Of a DNA stretch of 32,000 bases, positions 25,644 through 32,000 are shown one piece after another. Each line of letters opens with the position of its first letter. The first letter of the stretch is position 1. The notes beneath the pieces are model-generated. The model made no database searches. It had not been told where the DNA came from and saw only the letters and a program-made list of their open reading frames with translations. A program made the position numbers and the translations under genes. The stretch covers positions 124,324-156,323 of the forward strand of contig CANMZB010000007.1 in NCBI GenBank assembly GCA_947502265.1. Reading direction: 5' to 3'. The stretch comes from an uncultured Sulfitobacter sp. (GTDB lineage Bacteria; Pseudomonadota; Alphaproteobacteria; Rhodobacterales; Rhodobacteraceae).

Positions 25644-26903
25644 TCAGTCGACCTTCCCGAACAAAACGCTCGCATTGGTGCCGCCGAATCCAAAAGAATT
25701 GCTCAGCGCCACGTTGATTTCGCGTTTGACAGGCGCGTTTGGCGCCAGATCAATCTTCGTCTCGACCGCCGGATTATCAAGGTTGATGGTCGGCGGCGCG
25801 ATCTGGTCACGGATCGCGAGAACCGAAAAAATCGCCTCGATCGCACCCGCAGCGCCCAAAAGATGCCCTGTTGCCGATTTTGTCGATGACATGGTCACCT
25901 TGTCGGCATGATCTCCCAGCATCCGCTCGACCGCGCCCAACTCGATGGTGTCGGCCATTGTTGATGTGCCATGCGCGTTGATATAATCAATGTCTTTCGG
26001 CTCTTTGCCCGCATTGCGCAATGCCGCGCGCATGGACCGTTCGCCGCCTTCCCCGTCCGCTGACGGCGCAGTAATGTGATACGCATCACCCGACAGGCCA
26101 TAACCGATCACCTCGGCATAGATTTTCGCGCCGCGCGCTTTTGCGTGCTCGTATTCTTCCAGCACCACAATGCCCGCGCCTTCGCCCATAACAAACCCGT
26201 CACGGTCCGCATCATACGGACGGCTGGCATTTTGTGGATTATCGCCGTGTTTCGTCGACAGCGCCTTGCAGGCGTTGAAACCCGCGATCCCGATTTCGCA
26301 AATCGCGGCTTCGGCCCCGCCCGCCACCATAACATCGGCATCGCCAAACATGATCAGACGGCTGGCATCGCCAATCGCATGCGCACCCGTGGAGCAGGCC
26401 GTCACAACCGAATGGTTCGGCCCCCTGAACCCGTATCTGATCGACACCTGACCCGAGATCAGGTTGATCAAAGCCCCCGGCACGAAAAACGGGCTCACGC
26501 GGCGCGGGCCTTTTTCGGCCATCATCACGGCTGTATTCGCAATTGAATTCAGCCCCCCGATGCCGGAACCGATCAAAACGCCCGTCCGCTCCTGCCCTTC
26601 ACGGTCCTCGGGCATCCATCCGGAATCTTCGACCGCCTGTTGGGCTGCGGCCAACCCGAACATGATGAACGTATCCACCTTGCGCTGTTCTTTGGGCTGC
26701 ATGTATTTGTCGGCGTTAAAGGTGCCGTCCGTGCCATCGCCCAAAGGCACCTCGCAGGCATATTGCGTGACAAGACGGCTGGGATCGAATCCCGTAATCC
26801 GCCCCGCACCGGACTGACAGTCCAGAATGCGCCGCCAGCTTTCCTCGACCCCGTCCGCCAACGGTGTCACCAATCCCAAACCTGTCACGACCACTCTGCG
26901 CAT
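25644..26903 (-). CDS. fabF: 3-oxoacyl-ACP synthase II
   Basis: 419 aa with active-site Cys (VVTACSTGAHAIG), His motifs (INAHGTSTMADT and KSATGHLLGAAG), and a GFGGTNASVLF C-terminus. Confidence 0.95.
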   Translation of the reverse strand: MRRVVVTGLGLVTPLADGVEESWRRILDCQSGAGRITGFDPSRLVTQYACEVPLGDGTDGTFNADKYMQPKEQRKVDTFIMFGLAAAQQAVEDSGWMPEDREGQERTGVLIGSGIGGLNSIANTAVMMAEKGPRRVSPFFVPGALINLISGQVSIRYGFRGPNHSVVTACSTGAHAIGDASRLIMFGDADVMVAGGAEAAICEIGIAGFNACKALSTKHGDNPQNASRPYDADRDGFVMGEGAGIVVLEEYEHAKARGAKIYAEVIGYGLSGDAYHITAPSADGEGGERSMRAALRNAGKEPKDIDYINAHGTSTMADTIELGAVERMLGDHADKVTMSSTKSATGHLLGAAGAIEAIFSVLAIRDQIAPPTINLDNPAVETKIDLAPNAPVKREINVALSNSFGFGGTNASVLFGKVD

Positions 26904-27114
26904 ATGCTAGCCTCTCGGTGTTTTATTGCTTGATCGGCTATACAGCGCAAAAGCGGTTTTGTTCAAGAGCGCAGGCCATACGCTGCGCGCGGATTGCTGC
27001 CAAATTGCGGGGCAGCATCAGGACCAAAGCCGGTCATTGCGCCAAATGAACACCTGCAATCTGCGTAACATCCACGTCGTAGCGATCAAACGAAAGCTTC
27101 CCGCGCAGTCCACC

Positions 27115-27666
27115 TCAGACAGGAGGCCCCTTGCGCGTCATCAAAAGCACTTCCACGCCCTCCACCTCGACACTGCGGATCGGCACATAACCAAGCGTCT
27201 TTGCAATTTCCTGTGAGCCGCCATTCCCCGGCGTGATCATGCACACAGTGCGCCCCGCCATCACACGGTCGAACCAGTCATGCGCCGCGTTCGCCGCCTC
27301 CATACCCAATCCGGCCCCCTGCGCATCAGGGTCAAGTACCCAACCCGCCTCGGGAAACGGATCAAAATCCTCCCCCAACCCGCGTGAGCCAAAGAAAAAA
27401 CCGGTCTGCCCCGACATTTGCGGCTGGCCATGCACCTGCACGGCCCATTGTCCGAAACCGGTGATCTGCCAGTGTCCCGCGTTACGCAAAAACGAATCCC
27501 AACTGCGCGCCTTGGGCCACGGTTTGCCACTGATGTGCGCCACGACTTCGGGCTTGGCCCATATCTCGGCAAAGCGGGCGAAATCCTCGCCGCGCATCGC
27601 GCGCAGGGTCAGACGGGAGGTATTGATGGTCGGTATAGTGCGTGACATCTGGTGAATAACCTTCAC
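27115..27666 (-). CDS. GNAT family N-acetyltransferase (RimJ/RimL-like)
   Basis: 183 aa. The N-terminal TSRLTLRAMRGEDFARFAEIW is typical of the RimJ/L-type acetyltransferase subfamily. A GxG-containing region (DAQGAGLGMEAANAAHDWFD) is present. Confidence 0.78.
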   Translation of the reverse strand: MKVIHQMSRTIPTINTSRLTLRAMRGEDFARFAEIWAKPEVVAHISGKPWPKARSWDSFLRNAGHWQITGFGQWAVQVHGQPQMSGQTGFFFGSRGLGEDFDPFPEAGWVLDPDAQGAGLGMEAANAAHDWFDRVMAGRTVCMITPGNGGSQEIAKTLGYVPIRSVEVEGVEVLLMTRKGPPV

Positions 27667-27740
27667 TCTATAGGTGTGCTCGGGCGCTCACCCTCACCCG
27701 AAGCGCGCGCCGCCGACAAGCCACAAAGCGGTGGGAAATG

Positions 27741-27776
27741 AAAAACGGCGCCGATCCGCAGAGGATGGCGCCGTTT
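27741..27776 (-). terminator. Rho-independent terminator after acpP
   Basis: The minus strand reads AAACGGCGCCATCC-TCTGC-GGAT(C)GGCGCCGTTTTT, a long GC-rich stem with one bulge followed by a T-tract. Confidence 0.65.
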
Positions 27777-27813
27777 GAGAATTTTCTTGCCGAGCGGACC
27801 CGGCCGGTGAGGC

Positions 27814-28047
27814 TTAGGAAGCTTCTTTGATGAACTTCACCGCATCGCCGAACGTCTGGATATTTTCAGCCGCATCATCGGGGATTTCGATGCCGAACTC
27901 TTCTTCGAAGGCCATAACCAACTCGACTGTGTCGAGGCTGTCTGCGCCCAGATCGTCGATGAACGATGCGTTCTCGACTACTTTGTCTTCTTCAACACTC
28001 AGGTGCTCTACAACGATCTTTTTAACGCGGTCTGCGACGTCGCTCAT
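27814..28047 (-). CDS. acpP: Acyl carrier protein
   Basis: 77 aa from ATG 28047 ([16 protein letters not shown]...) with the phosphopantetheine site [28 protein letters not shown] upstream. Confidence 0.95.
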   Translation of the reverse strand: MSDVADRVKKIVVEHLSVEEDKVVENASFIDDLGADSLDTVELVMAFEEEFGIEIPDDAAENIQTFGDAVKFIKEAS

Positions 28048-28255
28048 AACTTTGGTCCTCACTCAATCAGGCCACATGGCCCCTTTTGGTTTCCGTCCCT
28101 CCCAGATTTCGAAGGGGCCGGCGAATGCCCCAAAAGGGGCGGCTCGTTCTCCTTGTTTGCACAAGGTGCGGGTCACAATCAAGCGCCCGCCTAGTTTAAT
28201 CTGCGCTCCCTTTAGCATATGATGCAAGGGACGCAAACGCTTTCAGTTAGCGTTG

Positions 28256-28993
28256 TCACAACATGGCCATGCCGCCATTCACATGCAAGGTCGCTCCTGT
28301 GATATACGCAGCCTCGGCGCTGGAAAGATACACAACAGCGCCGGCAATCTCGTTTGGTGTTCCCATGCGCCCGGCCGGAATTTGTCCCATGATTCCCGAC
28401 TTCTGATCATCGCTCAACTTGTCGGTCATCGCCGTCGCGATAAATCCTGGAGCAACCGCGTTCACGGTAATTCCGCGGCTTGCCACCTCATAGGCAAGGC
28501 TTTTGGACATGCCGATCATGCCCGCCTTTGACGCAGCATAATTCGCCTGCCCCGGATTGCCGGTCGCTCCTACGATGCTGGAAATATTCACGATCCGACC
28601 CCAACGCGCCTTCATCATACCGCGCATAACACCCTTGCACAGCTTGAACGTCGCGGTAAGATTCACATCCAGCACCGATTGCCATTCATCATCCGACATC
28701 CGCATGAACAGATTGTCACGCGTGATACCAGCGTTGTTCACCAGAATATCAACCGCTCCCATCGCCTCGATCGCCTGCTTGGGCAACGCCTCGACAGCGA
28801 CCATATCGCTCAGGTTGCAGGGCAGCACATGCGCGCGCGCGCGCAGTTCCGCCGCCAGCGCCTCCAACGGCTCGGTCCGCGTACCTGACAGACCGACAGT
28901 CGCCCCCTGCGCGTGCAATGCGCGGGCAATATCCGCCCCGATACCACCCGACGCGCCGGTGACCAACGCGCATTTCCCTGTCAGATCAAACAT
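28256..28993 (-). CDS. fabG: 3-oxoacyl-ACP reductase
   Basis: 245 aa SDR with TGASGGIG, NNAG and the YAASKAG catalytic motif. It sits between fabD and acpP. Confidence 0.95.
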   Translation of the reverse strand: MFDLTGKCALVTGASGGIGADIARALHAQGATVGLSGTRTEPLEALAAELRARAHVLPCNLSDMVAVEALPKQAIEAMGAVDILVNNAGITRDNLFMRMSDDEWQSVLDVNLTATFKLCKGVMRGMMKARWGRIVNISSIVGATGNPGQANYAASKAGMIGMSKSLAYEVASRGITVNAVAPGFIATAMTDKLSDDQKSGIMGQIPAGRMGTPNEIAGAVVYLSSAEAAYITGATLHVNGGMAML

Positions 28994-29184
28994 AGTTTTT
29001 CCTTCTCAGTCATATGTCGTGACGGGCGCCGTCAGCAGCCCGTATTGCGCGATTTCATCCGCGCTCGTAATGTGTATCCGGTTCGACGGGGCCACCTGCA
29101 AGCAAAACCGGTAAAAATCTCCCGATCCCGCCACATCGCGCACACAAGCTTTTTTCGCACGATGCCCGGGCGCGTCGGGTGAAC

Positions 29185-30117
29185 CTAGCCTGTAACGATC
29201 TGCTGCACATCCGCGGCGGCACCGACGTTGCGCAAAACAGCGGCCTTGTGAATCCGGCGGATCATACCCGAAAGCGCCTTACCCGCGCCGATCTCCCAAA
29301 ACTCGGTCACACCCTCCGCCACCATCCATTCCACCGACGAGCGCCAGCGCACGCGGCCCGTAACCTGATCCACCAGAAGTTGCGGGATTGGACCTGCGGT
29401 ATCCACCGCCTCGGCCAATACGTTCGCAACCAGTGGCACAGCCGGATCGTTCAGTGTCACATTGCTCAGCGCCTCGGCCATTGCATCGGCGGCGGGGGCC
29501 ATCAATGCACAGTGAAACGGTGCAGAGACAGGCAGTGGCAGCGCCCGCTTGGCCCCTGCGGCCTTGGCCAGATCAATCGCGCGCCCGACAGCCGCCTTGC
29601 TGCCCGAAATCACGTTCTGCGTCGGATCGTTTTCGTTTGCCAGCGCACAGACATCATCGCCCGCGGCCTCTGCCGCGATACGCGTCACATCCTCGGCTGG
29701 CAGGCCCAGAATGGCGGCCATCGCCCCCTCGCCCTGCGGCACCGCCGCCTGCATCGCGCGGCCCCGAATGCGCAAAAGGCGCGCCGTATCAGCCAGCGAA
29801 AACACCCCCGCCGCGCACAGCGCCGAATACTCGCCCAGACTATGCCCCGCCACAAACGAGGCACGCGTCACCGCGACGCCCTCGGCTTCCAGCGCGCGCA
29901 TCGCCGCCATCGAGGTCGCCATAAGCGCAGGCTGCGCGTTCTCGGTCAGCGTCAGCGTCTCGATATCACCCTCCCAGATCAGCGCGCTCAGCTTCTCGCC
30001 CAACGCCTCGTCGACCTCGTCAAAAACAGCCTGCGCCACCGGGTAGGTCTGCGCCAGATTTCGGCCCATCCCGATGACTTGCGCGCCTTGGCCGGGGAAA
30101 ACGAATGCGATGCTCAT
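29185..30117 (-). CDS. fabD: Malonyl-CoA:ACP transacylase
   Basis: 310 aa with FVFPGQGAQ and the active-site motif GHSLGEYSAL. Confidence 0.95.
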   Translation of the reverse strand: MSIAFVFPGQGAQVIGMGRNLAQTYPVAQAVFDEVDEALGEKLSALIWEGDIETLTLTENAQPALMATSMAAMRALEAEGVAVTRASFVAGHSLGEYSALCAAGVFSLADTARLLRIRGRAMQAAVPQGEGAMAAILGLPAEDVTRIAAEAAGDDVCALANENDPTQNVISGSKAAVGRAIDLAKAAGAKRALPLPVSAPFHCALMAPAADAMAEALSNVTLNDPAVPLVANVLAEAVDTAGPIPQLLVDQVTGRVRWRSSVEWMVAEGVTEFWEIGAGKALSGMIRRIHKAAVLRNVGAAADVQQIVTG

Positions 30118-30229
30118 GGCTCTGTCTCTCCAATAAAGTTGGACTTTGGTTTAGCGAAGGCCGACCAGCCCCACAAGAGCGCACAATACACCTGCACCAG
30201 CGATCATTGCCCTGCCCGCACGGCGCGAT

Positions 30230-31471
30230 ATGTTGCCAAAACCCCCGAAACGGAGACACCCTTTGACCCTCTCGAACACCACCAGCCACTACGGCAGCGT
30301 CACCCGCAGCTTTCACTGGCTCATCGCCCTTCTGGTGCTGACATTGATCCCGGTCGCCATGATCGCGCAAGAACTGCCCTATGAAACCGCAGAACAGCTC
30401 ACGCGCAAGGCGCTGCTGTTTTCGTTGCACAAGACCCTTGGCGTGTCGGTCTTTCTCATCGCCCTCCTGCGCATCCTCTGGGCCGTGACGCAAACCAAAC
30501 CCGCCTCCCTGCATCCCAAGCGCAAGGTCGAGACCCTGCTGGCCGAGACCGCGCACTGGTTGCTCTACGGCTCGCTGGTGCTGGCCCCCTTGTCAGGCTG
30601 GATCCATCACGCGGCCACATCCGGCTTTGCGCCAATCTGGTGGCCCCTCGGCCAAAGCCTTCCGATGGTGCCAAAGTCGGAATATGTGGCGGCCGTCGCG
30701 GGTGGATTTCACTGGGTCTTCGGCAAAGTCATGGTGGTCACGCTGATCGCGCATCTCGCAGGCGCCCTTAAACATCACTTTATAGATCAAGACGCCACCC
30801 TGCGCCGGATGCTGGGCCGCGCACCCGACCTGCCCGCACTGGCTCCGACGCAGCACCGAATCGCGCCGCTCCTCGGCGCTGCAATTGTCTGGGCTGGCGC
30901 ATTGGCGCTTGGCAGCGTGCTCGGCGTTTACAGCGAAAAAGGCGCGGGCGTAACTGCTGCTACGCTGCAAGACGTGACTTCCGGCTGGACGGTACAGGAC
31001 GGCCAGATCACCCTTAACGTCACGCAATTCGGCTCGGAAGTACAAGGCAGCTTTGCCGACTGGACGGCAAGCATCACCTACGATGATGACGTCATGAGTG
31101 GCCCCGCCGGTGCCGTCGATGCCGTCATTTCCATCGGGTCGCTAACGCTGGGGTCGGTCACGGATCAGGCGATGGGGCCGGATTTCTTTGACGCCACGAC
31201 CTTTGAAACTGCCACCTACACGGCGGACCTCATCAAAGGCATCGACGGCTTCATGGCCGAAGGGACATTAACGATCAAAGACCGGACCGTGCCCGTCACT
31301 ATGCCCTTTAGCCTGCTGATCGACGGCGACACCGCGCAAATGCACGCCTCCCTCACGCTTGACCGGCGCAGCTACGGCATTGGCGACAATATGAACGACG
31401 AAAGCGCGCTGGCGTTCGATGTCGGCGTCAACATCGACCTTGTGGCGACCCGCGCCAGCGATGCCCAATAA
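30230..31471 (+). CDS. Cytochrome b561 family protein fused to a C-terminal YceI-like domain
   Basis: 413 aa. The N-terminal half has four TM helices with conserved His (SFHWLIALLVL, HKTLG, AHWLLYG, KHHF). The C-terminal half resembles YceI (GWTVQDGQITLNVTQFGSEVQGSFADW...GTLTIKDRTVPVTMPFSL...LDRRSYGIG). Confidence 0.8.
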   Translation: MLPKPPKRRHPLTLSNTTSHYGSVTRSFHWLIALLVLTLIPVAMIAQELPYETAEQLTRKALLFSLHKTLGVSVFLIALLRILWAVTQTKPASLHPKRKVETLLAETAHWLLYGSLVLAPLSGWIHHAATSGFAPIWWPLGQSLPMVPKSEYVAAVAGGFHWVFGKVMVVTLIAHLAGALKHHFIDQDATLRRMLGRAPDLPALAPTQHRIAPLLGAAIVWAGALALGSVLGVYSEKGAGVTAATLQDVTSGWTVQDGQITLNVTQFGSEVQGSFADWTASITYDDDVMSGPAGAVDAVISIGSLTLGSVTDQAMGPDFFDATTFETATYTADLIKGIDGFMAEGTLTIKDRTVPVTMPFSLLIDGDTAQMHASLTLDRRSYGIGDNMNDESALAFDVGVNIDLVATRASDAQ

Positions 31472-31494
31472 ATCGTGCCACCGAAACGAAGAAA

Positions 31495-31525
31495 GGCCGC
31501 CGGAACAGTCCGGCGGCCCTTTTTC
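31495..31525. terminator. Bidirectional terminator between the convergent b561-YceI and YceI genes
   Basis: GGCCGCCGGA-ACAG-TCCGGCGGCC perfect 10-bp stem followed by CTTTTTC. Confidence 0.75.
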
Positions 31526-31541
31526 TAACCTCAAATCAACC

Positions 31542-32000
31542 TCAGTCGACTTTACCAGCCTCGACCGAGATTATAACCTGTACTTCATCACTGATGTGGG
31601 GCGCGAATTTGCCAAGGTTGTAATCAGTGCGCAGTAGCGTTGTTGTCGCATCAAAACCGGCCCAGAGCTTGTTCGCCATAGGATTGTTCGCCGCCTGATT
31701 CAGCGTCGCATCAAGGACCACGGATTTGGTTACATCGTTCAACGTCAGATCGCCGGTGATCTTGGCGGTATCATCCCCCGTCACTTCGATAGAAGTCGAA
31801 TTGAACGTGATCATGTCTTCATCTGTCGCGCCAAAGAAATCGTCGGTCATGAAATGGCCGGTACGCTCTTCCCAGCCCGTGAACATGGACGTCGTCGGCA
31901 TCGAAACAGTGACCGAGGAGTTCGCAGGGTTTTCCTGATCAAACATGATTTCCCCGTCGAATCCGGAAAACATGCCGTAAGTTGTCGAGAATCCAAGGTG
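31542..32000 (-). CDS. YceI family protein (5' end runs off the window)
   Basis: The YceI-like sequence includes GDLTLNDVTKSVVLDATL and LLRTDYNLG. The reading frame stays open upstream of the track ATG (HLGFSTTYGMFSGFDGEI...), which matches the usual YceI N-terminal motif, so the true start lies beyond position 32000. Confidence 0.8.
   Translation of the reverse strand, partial: HLGFSTTYGMFSGFDGEIMFDQENPANSSVTVSMPTTSMFTGWEERTGHFMTDDFFGATDEDMITFNSTSIEVTGDDTAKITGDLTLNDVTKSVVLDATLNQAANNPMANKLWAGFDATTTLLRTDYNLGKFAPHISDEVQVIISVEAGKVD

Noticed and set aside
1-32000. Scan for CRISPR arrays, tRNA/rRNA genes, IS elements or toxin-antitoxin/defence cassettes
   Set aside because: I saw no regularly spaced direct repeats, no cloverleaf-like or rRNA-like segments, and no transposase or integrase ORFs. 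All sizeable intergenic gaps are accounted for by terminators or promoter regions.

Overview
High-GC alphaproteobacterial chromosome, probably Rhodobacterales (roseobacter/Rhodobacter-like), judged from gene content and synteny only. The left third is housekeeping: an overlapping M23 peptidase and bactofilin pair, two cyclophilins, pgk, an ftsB-like gene, pdhA-pdhB-pdhC and cysE. The centre (about 10.15-24.25 kb, minus strand) is a complete, tightly packed 17-ORF RcGTA-type gene transfer agent (GTA) head-tail cluster, g1-g15 plus g3.5 and g10.1. It has no integrase, repressor, replication or lysis genes. The right third is mltG and the fatty-acid synthesis cluster fabD-fabG-acpP-(GNAT)-fabF, then a cytochrome b561-YceI fusion and a second, truncated YceI gene. 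The points most worth follow-up are inside and at the edges of the GTA cluster. There is a canonical intrinsic terminator between the terminase and portal genes. There is a weaker terminator-like hairpin in the g1 leader. A structured 170-nt spacer follows the capsid gene. g1 and TerL overlap out of frame by 134 nt. An unannotated-looking 97-codon ORF is joined to the g15 stop by the same TGATG junction used elsewhere in the cluster. No tRNA, rRNA, CRISPR array or IS element was recognised. All family assignments come from reading motifs and remembered family features, not from searches.
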